This document shows, one piece after another, positions 15,001 to 28,200 of a stretch of DNA of 64,000 nucleotides. The DNA lies in the NCBI GenBank assembly GCA_964016885.1, contig OZ024741.1:6386001-6450000 (forward strand). The letters run 5' to 3'. Each line of letters begins with the position of its first letter. The first letter of the stretch is position 1. Both the position numbers and the translations under genes were made by a program. This stretch comes from Eledone cirrhosa (Eukaryota). The notes under the pieces are model-generated. The model was not told the DNA's origin. It made no database searches and saw only the letters and a list, made by a program, of their open reading frames with translations.

Positions 15001-16573
15001 ATTCTGTACCTGACAGATGTAAAGGTATTCTGTTCCTGAGAGATGTAAAGGTATTCTGTACCTGACAGGGATAAAGGTATTCTGTACCTGGCAGGTATAA
15101 AGGTATTCTGTTCTGGACAGGTATAAAGGTATTCTGTACCTGACAGATAAAAGGTATTCTGTACCTGACAGATGTAAAGGTATTCTGTACCTGACAGGTA
15201 TAAAGGTACTCTGTACTTGACAGGTATAAAGGTATTCTGTACCTGACAGGTATAAAGGTATTCTGTACCTGACAGGTTTAAAGGTATTCTGTTCCTGACA
15301 GGTATAAAGGTATTCTGTACCTGACAGATGTAAAGGTATTCTGTACCTGACAGGTATAAAGGTATTCTGTACCTGACAGGTATAAAGGTATTCTGTTCCT
15401 GACAGGTATAAAGGTATTCTGTACCTCACAGATGTAAAGGTATTCTGTACCTGACAGGTATAAAGGTATTCTGTTCGTGACAGGTATAAAGGGATTCTGT
15501 AACTGACAGATGTAAAGTTATTCTGTACCTGACAGGTATAAAGGTATGCTGTACCTGACAGATGTAAAGGTATTCTGTACCTGACAGATGTAAACGTATT
15601 CTGTACCTGATAGATATAAAGGTATTGTGTACCTGACAGGTATAAAGGTATTCTGTACCTGACAGGTATAAAGGTATTCTGTTCCTGACAGATGTAAAGG
15701 TATTCTGTTCCTGACAGGTATAAAGGTATTCTGTTCCTGACAGATGTAAAGGTATTCTGTACCTGACAGGTATAAAGGTATTCTGTACCTGACAGATGTA
15801 AAGGTATTCTGTACCTGAGAGATATAAAGGTATTCTGTTCCTGACATGTATAAAGGTATTCTGTACCTGACAGATGTAAAGGTATTCTGTGCCTGACAGG
15901 TATAAAGTATTCTGTACCTGACAGGTATAAAGGTATTCTGTTTCTGACAGGTATAAAGGTATTCTGTACCTGACAGATGTAAAGGTATTCTGTACCTGAC
16001 AGGTATAAAGGTATTCTGTACTTGACAGGTATAAAGGTATTCTGTACCTGACAGGTATAAAGGTATTCTGTACCTGATTGGTATAAAGGTATTCTGTACC
16101 TGACAGGTATAAAGGTATTCTGTTCCTGACAGGTATAAAGGTATTCTGTACCTGACAGATGTAAAGGTATTCTGTACCTGACAGGTATAAAGTATTCTGT
16201 ACCTGACAGGTATAAAGGTATTCTGTTCCTGACAGGTATAAAGGTATTCTGTACCTGACAGATGTAAAGGTATTCTGTACCTGACAGGTATAAAGTTATT
16301 CTGTACCTGACAGGTATAAAGGGATTCTGTACCTGACAGGTATAAAGGTATGCTGTACCTGACAGATGTAAAGGTATTCTGTACCTGACAGATGTAAAGG
16401 TATTTGTACCTGACAGATATAAATGTATTCTGTACCTGACAGGTATAAAGGTATTCTGTACCTGACAGGTATAAAGGTTCCTGTTCCTGACAGATGTAAA
16501 GGTATTCTGTACCTGACATGTATAAAGGGATTCTGTACCTGACTGGTATAAAGGTATGCTGTACCTGACAGAT

Positions 16574-16618
16574 GGACAGAATACCTTTATACATGTCAGG
16601 TACAGAATACCCTTACAT
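16574..16618 (-). repeat. 45-bp inverted satellite insert, copy 1 (GGAC allele, private ccctt)
   Basis: ggacagaatacctttatacatgtcaggtacagaatacccttacat is the reverse complement of ~1.7 units, embedded between forward cagat and tctgtacc. Confidence 0.95.
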
Positions 16619-19038
16619 TCTGTACCTGACAAATGTAAAGGTATTCTGTACCTGACAGATGTAAAGGTATTCTGTACCTGACAGATGTAAACGTATTCTG
16701 TACCTGACAGGTATAAAGGTATTCTGTACCTGACAGGTATAAAGGTATTCTGTACCTGACAGATAAAGTATTCTGTACCTGACAGGTATAAATGTATTCT
16801 GTTCCTGACAGGTATAAAGGTATTCTGTACCTGACAGATGTAAAGGTATTCTGTACCTGACAGGTATAAAGATATTCTGTTCTTGACAGATATAAAGGTA
16901 TTCTGTACCTGACAGGTATAAAGGTATTCTGTACCTGACAGATGTAAAGGTATTCTGTTCCTGACAGATGTAAAGGTATTCTGTACCTGACAGATATAAA
17001 GGTATTCTGTACCTGGCAGGTATAAAGGTATTCTGTTCTGGACAGGTATAAAGGTATTCTGTACCTGACCGATGTAAAGGTATTCTGTACCTGACAAATG
17101 TAAAGGTATTCTGTTCCTGACAGATGTAAAGGTATCCTGTACCTGACAGATATAAAGGTATTCTGTTCCTGACAGATGTAAAGGTATTCTGTTCCTGACA
17201 GATGTAAAGGTATTCTGTACCTGACAGGTATAAAGGTATTCTGTACCTGCCAGGTATAAAGGTATTCTGTACCTGACAGATGTAAAGGTATTCTGTACAT
17301 GACAGATATAAAGGTATTCTGTACCTGTCAGGTATAAAGGTATTCTGTACCTGACTGGTATAAAGGTATGCTGTACCTGACAGGTATAAAGGTTTTCCGT
17401 ACCTGACCGATGTAAAGATACTCTGTACCTGACAGATGTAAAGGTATTCTGTACCTGACTGATATAAAGGTATTCTGTACCTGACAGGTATAAAGGTATT
17501 CTGTATCTGACAGATAAAAAGGTATTCTGTACCTGACAGATGTAAAGGTATTCTGTACCTGACAGGTATAAAGGTATTCTGTACCTGACAGATGTAAAGG
17601 TATTCTGTTCCTGACAGATGTAAAGTTATTCTGTACCTGACAGATGTAATGGTATTCTGTTCCTGACAGATATAAAGGTATTCTGTTCCTGACAGATGTA
17701 AAGGTATTCTGTACCTGACAGGTATAAAGGTATTCTGTACCTGACAGATGTAAAGGCATTCTGTACCTGACAGGTATAAAGGTATTCTGTTCCTGACAGG
17801 TATAAAGGTATTCTGTACCTGACAGATGTAAAGGTATTCTGTACCTGACAGGTATGAAGGTATTCTGTACCTGACAGGTATAAAGGTATTCTGTACCTGA
17901 CAGATGTAAAGGTATTCTGTACCTGACAGGTATAAAGGTATTCTGTACCTGACAGGTATAAAGGTATTCTGTACCTGACAGATGTAAAGGTATTCTATAC
18001 CTGACAGATGTAAAGGTATTCTGTACCTCACAGATATAAAGGTATTCTGTACCTGACAGATGTAAAGGTATTCTGTTCCTGAGAGATGTAAAGGTATTCT
18101 GTACCTGACAGGGATAAAGGTATTCTGTACCTGGCAGGTATAAAGGTATTCTGTTCTGGACAGGTATAAAGGTATTCTGTACCTGACAGATAAAAGGTAT
18201 TCTGTACCTGACAGATGTAAAGGTATTCTGTACCTGACAGGTATAAAGGTACTCTGTACTTGACAGGTATAAAGGTATTCTGTACCTGACAGGTATAAAG
18301 GTATTCTGTACCTGACAGGTTTAAAGGTATTCTGTTCCTGACAGGTATAAAGGTATTCTGTACCTGACTGGTATAAAGGTATGCTGTACCTGACAGGTAT
18401 AAAGGTTTTCCGTACCTGACCGATGTAAAGATACTCTGTACCTGACAGATGTAAAGGTATTCTGTACCTGACTGATATAAAGGTATTCTGTACCTGACAG
18501 GTATAAAGGTATTCTGTATCTGACAGATAAAAAGGTATTCTGTACCTGACAGATGTAAAGGTATTCTGTACCTGACATGTATAAAGGTATTCTGTACCTG
18601 ACAGATGTTAAGGTATTCTGTTCCTGACAGATGTAAAGTTATTCTGTACCTGACAGATGTAAAGGTATTCTGTTCCTGACAGATATAAAGGTATTCTGTT
18701 CCTGACAGATGTAAAGGTATTCTGTACCTGACAGGTATAAAGGTATTCTGTACCTGACAGATGTAAAGGTATTCTGTACCTGACAGGTATAAAGGTATTC
18801 TGTACCTGACAGATGTAAAGGTATTCTGTTCCTGACAGGTATAAAGGTATTCTGTACCTGACAGATGTAAAGGTATTCTGTACCTGACAGGTATAAAGGT
18901 ATTCTGTACCTGACAGGTATAAAGGTATTCTGTACCTGACAGATGTAAAGGTATTCTGTACCTGAGAGATATAAAGGTATTCTGTTCCTGACATGTATAT
19001 AGATATTCTGTACCTGACAGATATAAAAGTATTCAGTC

Positions 19039-19758
19039 CATCTGTCAGGTACAGCATACCTTTATACCAGTCAGGTACAGAATACCTTTATATCTCTCAG
19101 GTACAGAATACCTTTATACCTGTCAGGTACAGAATACCTTTATACCTGTCAGGTACAGAATACCTTTATACCTGACAGGTACAGAATACTTTTTTATCTG
19201 TCAGGTACAGAATACCTTTATACCTGTCAGGTACAGAATACGTTTATACCTGTCAGGTACAGAATACCTTTACATCTGTCAGGAACAGGAACCTTTATAC
19301 CTGTCAGGTACAGAATACCTTTATACCTGTCAGGTACAGAATACATTTATATCTGTCAGGTACAAATACCTTTACATCTGTCAGGTACAGAATACCTTTA
19401 TACCTGTCAGGTACAGAAGACCTTTATACCAGTCAGGTACAGAATACTTTATACCTGTCAGGTACAGAATACCTTTACATCTGTCAGGTACAGAATACCT
19501 TTATACCTGTCAGGAACAGAATACCTTTATACCTGTCATGTACAGAATACCTTTATACCTATCAGGTACAGAATACCTTTTTACCTGTCAAGTACAGAAT
19601 ACCTTTATACCTGTCAGGTACAGAATAATTTATACCTGTCAGGTACAGAATACTTTTATATCTGTCAGGTACAGAATATCTTTATACATGTCAGGAACAG
19701 AATACCTTTATATCTCTCAGGTACAGAATACCTTTACATCTGTCAGGTACAGAATACC
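19039..19758 (-). repeat. Inverted block of the satellite (~720 bp, ~28 units in opposite orientation)
   Basis: The + strand reads ctgtcaggtacagaatacctttatac (reverse complement of the unit) from catctgtcagg at 19039 to agaatacc at 19758. The only two + strand ORFs in the track (18993-19175, 19538-19825) lie over this block. Confidence 0.97.
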
Positions 19759-20219
19759 AACAGGTATACCTGACAGGTATAAAGGTATTCTGTACCTGAC
19801 AGATGTAAAGGTATTCTGTACCTGACAGATGTAAAGGTATTCTGTACCTGACAGATGTAAAGGTATTCTGTACTTGACAGGTATAAAGGTATTCTGTACC
19901 TGAGAGATATAAAGGTATTCTGTACCTGACATGTATAAAGGTATTCTGTACCTGACAGGTATAAAGGTTCCTGTTCCTGACAGATGTAAAGGTATTCTGT
20001 ACCTGACAGGTATAAACGTATTCTGTACCTGACAGGTATAAAGGTATTCTGTACCTGACAGATAAAAAAGTATTCTGTACCTGTCAGGTATAAAGGTATT
20101 CTGTACCTGACAGGTATAAAGGTATTCTGTACCTGACAGGTATAAAGGTATTCTGTACCTGAGAGATATAAAGGTATTCTGTACCTGACTGGTATAAAGG
20201 TATGCTGTACCTGACAGAT

Positions 20220-20264
20220 GGACAGAATACCTTTATACATGTCAGGTACAGAATACCTTTACAT
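20220..20264 (-). repeat. 45-bp inverted satellite insert, copy 2 (GGAC allele)
   Basis: ggacagaatacctttatacatgtcaggtacagaatacctttacat with the same junctions as copy 1. Confidence 0.95.
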
Positions 20265-22881
20265 TCTGTACCTGACAAATGTAAAGGTATTCTGTACCTG
20301 ACAGATGTAAAGGTATTCTGTACCTGACAGGTATAAAGGTACTCTGTACTTGACAGGTATAAAGGTATTCTGTAACTGACAGGTATAAAGGTATTCTGTA
20401 CCTGACAGGTTTAAAGGTATTCTGTTCCTGACAGGTATAAAGGTATTCTGTACCTGACAGATGTAAAGGTATTCTGTACCTGACAGGTATAAAGGTATTC
20501 TGTACCTGACAGGTATAAAGGTATTCTGTACCTGACAGGTATAAAGGTATTCTGTACCTCACAGATGTAAAGGTATTCTGTACCTGACAGGTATAAATTA
20601 TTCTGTACCTGACAGGTATAAAGGTATTCTGTACCTGACAGGTATAAAGGTATTCTGTACCTGACAGGTATGAAGGTATTCTGTTCCTGACAGGTATAAA
20701 GGTATTCTGTACCTGACAGGTATAAAGGTATTCTGTACCTGAGAGATATAAAGGTATTCTGTACCTGGCAGGTATAAAGGTATTCTGTACCTGACAGGTA
20801 TAAAGGTATTCTGTACCTGACAGTTTTAAAGGTATTCTGTTCCTGACAGGTATAAAGGTATTCTGTACCTGACAGATGTAAAGGTATTCTGTACCTGACA
20901 GATATAAAGGTATTGTGTACCTGACAGGTATAAAGGTATTCTGTACCTGACAGGTATAAAGGTATTCTGTTCCTGACAGATGTAAAGGTATTCTGTTCCT
21001 GACAGGTATAAAGGTATTCTGTACCTGACAGGTATAAAGGTATTCTGTTCCTGACAGATATAAAGGTATTCTGTTCCTGACAGGTATAAAGGTATTCTGT
21101 TCCTGACAGATGTAAAGGTATTCTGTACCTGACAGATATAAAGGTATTGTGTACCTGACAGGTATAAAGGTATTCTGTACCTGACAGATATAAAGGTATT
21201 GTGTACCTGACAGGTATAAAGGTATTCTGTACCTGACAGGTATAAAGGTATTCTGTTCCTGACAGATGTAAAGGTATTCTGTACCTGACAGATGTAAAGG
21301 TATTCTGTACCTGAGAGATATAAAGGTATTCTGTTCCTGACATGTATAAAGATATTCTGTACCTGACAGATATAAAAGTATTCTGTACCTGACAGGTATA
21401 AATTATTCTGTACCTGACAGGTATAAAGGTATTCTGTACCTGACAGGTATAAAGGTATTCTGTACCTGACAGGTATGAAGGTATTCTGTTCCTGACAGGT
21501 ATAAAGGTATTCTGTACCTGACAGGTATAAAGGTATTCTGTACCTGAGAGATATAAAGGTATTCTGTACCTGGCAGGTATAAAGGTATTCTGTACCTGAC
21601 AGGTATAAAGGTATAAAGGTATTCTGTACCTGACAGGTATAAAGGTATTCTGTTCCTGACAGATGTAAAGGTATTCTGTTCCTGACAGGTATAAAGGTAT
21701 TCTGTACCTGACAGGTATAAAGGTATTCTGTTCCTGACAGATGTAAAGGTATTCTGTTCCTGACAGGTATAAAGGTATTCTGTTCCTGACAGATGTAAAG
21801 GTATTCTGTACCTGACAGATATAAAGGTATTGTGTACCTGACAGGTATAAAGGTATTCTGTACCTGACAGATATAAAGGTATTGTGTACCTGACAGGTAT
21901 AAAGGTATTCTGTACCTGACAGGTATAAAGGTATTCTGTTCCTGACAGATGTAAAGGTATTCTGTACCTGACAGATGTAAAGGTATTCTGTACCTGAGAG
22001 ATATAAAGGTATTCTGTTCCTGACATGTATAAAGATATTCTGTACCTGACAGATATAAAAGTATTCTGTACCTGACAGGTATAAATTATTCTGTACCTGA
22101 CAGGTATAAAGGTATTCTGTACCTGACAGGTATTAAGGTATTCTGTACCTGACAGATGTAAAGGTATTCTGTACCTGACAGGTATAAAGGTATTCTGTAC
22201 TTGACAGGTATAAAGGTATTCTGTACCTGATAGGTATAAAGGTATTCTGTACCTGACAGGTATAAAGGTATTCTGTTCCTGACAGGTATAAAGGTATTCT
22301 GTACCTGACAGATGTAAAGGTATTCTGTACCTGACAGGTATAAAGTATTCTGTACCTGACAGGTATAAAGGTATTCTGTTCCTGACAGGTATAAAGGTAT
22401 TCTGTACCTGACAGATGTAAAGGTATTCTGTACCTGACAGGTATAAAGTTATTCTGTTCCTGACAGGTATAAAGGGATTCTGTACCTGACAGGTATAAAG
22501 GTATGCTGTACCTGACAGATGTAAAGGTATTCTGTACCTGACAGATGTAAAGGTATTTGTACCTGACAGATATAAATGTATTCTGTACCTGACAGGTATA
22601 AAGGTATTCTGTACCTGACAGGTATAAAGGTTCCTGTTCCTGACAGATGTAAAGGTATTCTGTACCTGACAGGTATAAACGTATTCTGTACCTGACAGGT
22701 ATAAAGGTATTCTGTACCTGACAGATAAAAAAGTATTCTGTACCTGTCAGTATAAAGGTATTCTGTACCTGACAGGTATAAAGGTATTCTGTACCTGACA
22801 GGTATAAAGGTATTCTGTACCTGAGAGATATAAAGGTATTCTGTACCTGACTGGTATAAAGGTATGCTGTACCTGAGAGAT

Positions 22882-22926
22882 GGACAGAATACCTTTATAC
22901 ATGTCAGGTACAGAATACCTTTACAT
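22882..22926 (-). repeat. 45-bp inverted satellite insert, copy 3 (GGAC allele, gagagat flank)
   Basis: Same insert, preceded by cctgagagat. Confidence 0.95.
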
Positions 22927-25197
22927 TCTGTACCTGACAAATGTAAAGGTATTCTGTACCTGACAGATGTAAAGGTATTCTGTACCTGACAGATGTAAAG
23001 GTATTCTGTACCTGACAGGTATAAAGATATTCTGTTCTTGACAGATATAAAGGTATTCTGTACCTGACAGGTATAAAGGTATTCTGTACCTGACAGATGT
23101 AAAGGTATTCTGTTCCTGACAGATGTAAAGGTATTCTGTACCTGACAGATATAAAGGTATTCTGTACCTGGCAGGTATAAAGGTATTCTGTTCTGGACAG
23201 GTATAAAGGTATTCTGTACCTGACCGATGTAAAGGTATTCTGTACCTGACAGGTATAAAGCTATTCTGTACCTAACAGGTATAAAGGTATGCTGTACCTG
23301 ACAGATGTAAAGGTATTCTGTACCTGACAAATGTAAAGGTATTCTGTTCCTGACAGATGTAAAGGTATCCTGTACCTGACAGATATAAAGGTATTCTGTT
23401 CCTGACAGATGTAAAGGTATTCTGTTCCTGACAGGTATAAAGGTATTCTGTACCTGACAGGTATAAAGGTATTCTGTACCTGACAGATAAAGTATTCTGT
23501 ACCTGACAGGTATAAAGGTATTCTGTTCCTGACAGGTATAAAGGTATTCTGTACCTGACAGATGTAAAGGTATTCTGTACCTGACAGGTATAAAGATATT
23601 CTGTTCTTGACAGATATAAAGGTATTCTGTACCTGACAAGTATAAAGGTATTCTGTACCTGACAGATGTAAAGGTATTCTGTTCCTGACAGATGTAAAGG
23701 TATTCTGTACCTGACAGATATAAAGGTATTCTGTACCTGGCAGGTATAAAGGTATTCTGTTCTGGACAGGTATAAAGGTATTCTGTACCTGACCGATGTA
23801 AAGGTATTCTGTACCTGACAGGTATAAAGCTATTCTGTACCTAACAGGTATAAAGGTATGCTGTACCTGACAGATGTAAAGGTATTCTGTACCTGACAAA
23901 TGTAAAGGTATTCTGTTCCTGACAGATGTAAAGGTATCCTGTACCTGACAGATATAAAGGTATTCTGTTCCTGACAGATGTAAAGGTATTCTGTTCCTGA
24001 CAGGTATAAAGGTATTCTGTACCTGACAGGTATAAAGGTATTCTGTTCCTGACAGATGTAAAGGTATTCTGTTCCTGACAGGTATAAAGGTATTCTGTTC
24101 CTGACAGATGTAAAGGTATTCTGTACCTGACAGATATAAAGGTATTGTGTACCTGACAGGTATAAAGGTATTCTGTACCTGACAGATATAAAGGTATTGT
24201 GTACCTGACAGGTATAAAGGTATTCTGTACCTGACAGGTATAAAGGTATTCTGTTCCTGACAGATGTAAAGGTATTCTGTACCTGACAGATGTAAAGGTA
24301 TTCTGTACCTGAGAGATATAAAGGTATTCTGTTCCTGACATGTATAAAGATATTCTGTACCTGACAGATATAAAAGTATTCTGTACCTGACAGGTATAAA
24401 TTATTCTGTACCTGACAGGTATAAAGGTATTCTGTACCTGACAGGTATTAAGGTATTCTGTACCTGACAGATGTAAAGGTATTCTGTACCTGACAGGTAT
24501 AAAGGTATTCTGTACTTGACAGGTATAAAGGTATTCTGTACCTGATAGGTATAAAGGTATTCTGTACCTGACAGGTATAAAGGTATTCTGTTCCTGACAG
24601 GTATAAAGGTATTCTGTACCTGACAGATGTAAAGGTATTCTGTACCTGACAGGTATAAAGTATTCTGTACCTGACAGGTATAAAGGTATTCTGTTCCTGA
24701 CAGGTATAAAGGTATTCTGTACCTGACAGATGTAAAGGTATTCTGTACCTGACAGGTATAAAGTTATTCTGTTCCTGACAGGTATAAAGGGATTCTGTAC
24801 CTGACAGGTATAAAGGTATGCTGTACCTGACAGATGTAAAGGTATTCTGTACCTGACAGATGTAAAGGTATTTGTACCTGACAGATATAAATGTATTCTG
24901 TACCTGACAGGTATAAAGGTATTCTGTACCTGACAGGTATAAAGGTTCCTGTTCCTGACAGATGTAAAGGTATTCTGTACCTGACAGGTATAAACGTATT
25001 CTGTACCTGACAGGTATAAAGGTATTCTGTACCTGACAGATAAAAAAGTATTCTGTACCTGTCAGGTATAAAGGTATTCTGTACCTGACAGGTATAAAGG
25101 TATTCTGTACCTGACAGGTATAAAGGTATTCTGTACCTGAGAGATATAAAGGTATTCTGTACCTGACTGGTATAAAGGTATGCTGTACCTGAGAGAT

Positions 25198-25242
25198 GGA
25201 CAGAATACCTTTATACATGTCAGGTACAGAATACCTTTACAT
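25198..25242 (-). repeat. 45-bp inverted satellite insert, copy 4 (GGAC allele, gagagat flank)
   Basis: Identical to copy 3 and 2316 bp downstream of it. Confidence 0.95.
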
Positions 25243-28200
25243 TCTGTACCTGACAAATGTAAAGGTATTCTGTACCTGACAGATGTAAAGGTATTCTGTA
25301 CCTGACAGATGTAAAGGTATTCTGTACCTGACAGGTATAAAGATATTCTGTTCTTGACAGATATAAAGGTATTCTGTACCTGACAGGTATAAAGGTATTC
25401 TGTACCTGACAGATGTAAAGGTATTCTGTTCCTGACAGATGTAAAGGTATTCTGTACCTGACAGATATAAAGGTATTCTGTACCTGGCAGGTATAAAGGT
25501 ATTCTGTTCTGGACAGGTATAAAGGTATTCTGTACCTGACCGATGTAAAGGTATTCTGTACCTGACAGGTATAAAGCTATTCTGTACCTAACAGGTATAA
25601 AGGTATGCTGTACCTGACAGATGTAAAGGTATTCTGTACCTGACAAATGTAAAGGTATTCTGTTCCTGACAGATGTAAAGGTATCCTGTACCTGACAGAT
25701 ATAAAGGTATTCTGTTCCTGACAGATGTAAAGGTATTCTGTTCCTGACAGGTATAAAGGTATTCTGTACCTGACAGGTATAAAGGTATTCTGTACCTGAC
25801 AGATAAAGTATTCTGTACCTGACAGGTATAAAGGTATTCTGTTCCTGACAGGTATAAAGGTATTCTGTACCTGACAGATGTAAAGGTATTCTGTACCTGA
25901 CAGGTATAAAGATATTCTGTTCTTGACAGATATAAAGGTATTCTGTACCTGACAAGTATAAAGGTATTCTGTACCTGACAGATGTAAAGGTATTCTGTTC
26001 CTGACAGATGTAAAGGTATTCTGTACCTGACAGATATAAAGGTATTCTGTACCTGGCAGGTATAAAGGTATTCTGTTCTGGACAGGTATAAAGGTATTCT
26101 GTACCTGACCGATGTAAAGGTATTCTGTACCTGACAGGTATAAAGCTATTCTGTACCTAACAGGTATAAAGGTATGCTGTACCTGACAGATGTAAAGGTA
26201 TTCTGTACCTGACAAATGTAAAGGTATTCTGTTCCTGACAGATGTAAAGGTATCCTGTACCTGACAGATATAAAGGTATTCTGTTCCTGACAGATGTAAA
26301 GGTATTCTGTTCCTGACAGATGTAAAGGTATTCTGTACCTGACAGGTATAAAGGTATTCTGTACCTGCCAGGTATAAAGGTATTCTGTACCTGACAGATG
26401 TAAAGGTATTCTGTACATGACAGATATAAAGGTATTCTGTACCTGTCAGGTATAAAGGTATTCTGTACCTGACTGGTATAAAGGTATGCTGTACCTGACA
26501 GGTATAAAGGTTTTCCGTACCTGACCGATGTAAAGATACTCTGTACCTGACAGATGTAAAGGTATTCTGTACCTGACTGATATAAAGGTATTCTGTACCT
26601 GACAGGTATAAAGGTATTCTGTATCTGACAGATAAAAAGATATTCTGTACCTGACAGATGTAAAGGTATTCTGTACCTGACAGGTATAAAGGTATTCTGT
26701 ACCTGACAGATGTAAAGGTATTCTGTTCCTGACAGATGTAAAGTTATTCTGTACCTGACAGATGTAAAGGTATTCTGTTCCTGACAGATATAAAGGTATT
26801 CTGTTCCTGACAGATGTAAAGGTATTCTGTACCTGACAGGTATAAAGGTATTCTGTACCTGACAGATGTAAAGGTATTCTGTACCTGACAGGTATAAAGG
26901 TATTCTGTTCCTGACAGGTATAAAGGTACTCTGTACCTGACAGATGTAAAGGTATTCTGTACCTGACAGGTATAAAGGTATTCTGTACCTGACAGGTATA
27001 AAGGTATTCTGTACCTGACAGATGTAAAGGTATTCTGTACCTGACAGGTATAAAGGTATTCTGTACCTGACAGGTATAAAGGTATTCTGTACCTGACAGA
27101 TTTAAAGGTATTCTATACCTGACAGATGTAAAGGTATTCTGTACCTCACAGATATAAAGGTATTCTGTACCTGACAGATGTAAAGGTATTCTGTTCCTGA
27201 GAGATGTAAAGGTATTCTGTACCTGACAGGGATAAAGGTATTCTGTACCTGGCAGGTATAAAGGTATTCTGTTCTGGACAGGTATAAAGGTATTCTGTAC
27301 CTGACAGATAAAAGGTATTCTGTACCTGACAGATGTAAAGGTATTCTGTACCTGACAGGTATAAAGGTATTCTGTACCTGACAGATATAAAGGTATTCTG
27401 TTCCTGACATGTATAAAGGTATTCTGTACCTGACAGATATAAAGGTATTCTGTACCTGACAGGTATAAATTATTCTGTACCTGACAGGTATAAAGGTATT
27501 CTGTACCTGACAGGTATAAAGGTATTCTGTACCTGACAGGTATGAAGGTATTCTGTTCCTGACAGGTATAAAGGTATTCTGTACCTGACAGGTATAAAGG
27601 TATTCTGTACCTGACTGGTATAAAGGTATGCTGTACCTGACAGGTATAAAGGTTTTCCGTACCTGACCGATGTAAAGATACTCTGTACCTGACAGATGTA
27701 AAGGTATTCTGTACCTGACTGATATAAAGGTATTCTGTACCTGACAGGTATAAAGGTATTCTGTATCTGACAGATAAAAAGGTATTCTGTACCTGACAGA
27801 TGTAAAGGTATTCTGTACCTGACAGGTATAAAGGTATTCTGTACCTGACAGATGTAAAGGTATTCTGTTCCTGACAGATGTAAAGTTATTCTGTACCTGA
27901 CAGATGTGAAGGTATTCTGTTCCTGACAGATATAAAGGTATTCTGTTCCTGACAGATGTAAAGGTATTCTGTACCTGACAGGTATAAAGGTATTCTGTAC
28001 CTGACAGATGTAAAGGTATTCTGTACCTGACAGGTATAAAGGTATTCTGTTCCTGATAGGTATAAAGGTATTCTGTACCTGACAGATGTAAAGGTATTCT
28101 GTACCTGACAGGTATAAAGGTATTCTGTACCTGACAGGTATAAAGGTATTCTGTACCTGACAGATGTAAAGGTATTCTGTACCTGACAGGTATAAAGGTA

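Larger units (their letters stand above)
21640..26300 (+). repeat. Higher-order tandem duplication, two copies of a ~2,316-bp block (~89 units); boundaries approximate
   Basis: The same ordered variant units recur at offset 2315-2316 (inserts 22882/25198; ORF ends 22026/24341, 23639/25955, 23899/26215). The 1-bp offset change matches a deletion near 22750 (tgtcagtataaa). Confidence 0.9.

Noticed and set aside
19039-19758. Recombinase-controlled invertible switch (phase variation)
   Set aside because: The two junctions are dissimilar and non-reciprocal, and there is no recombinase or regulated gene in the window.
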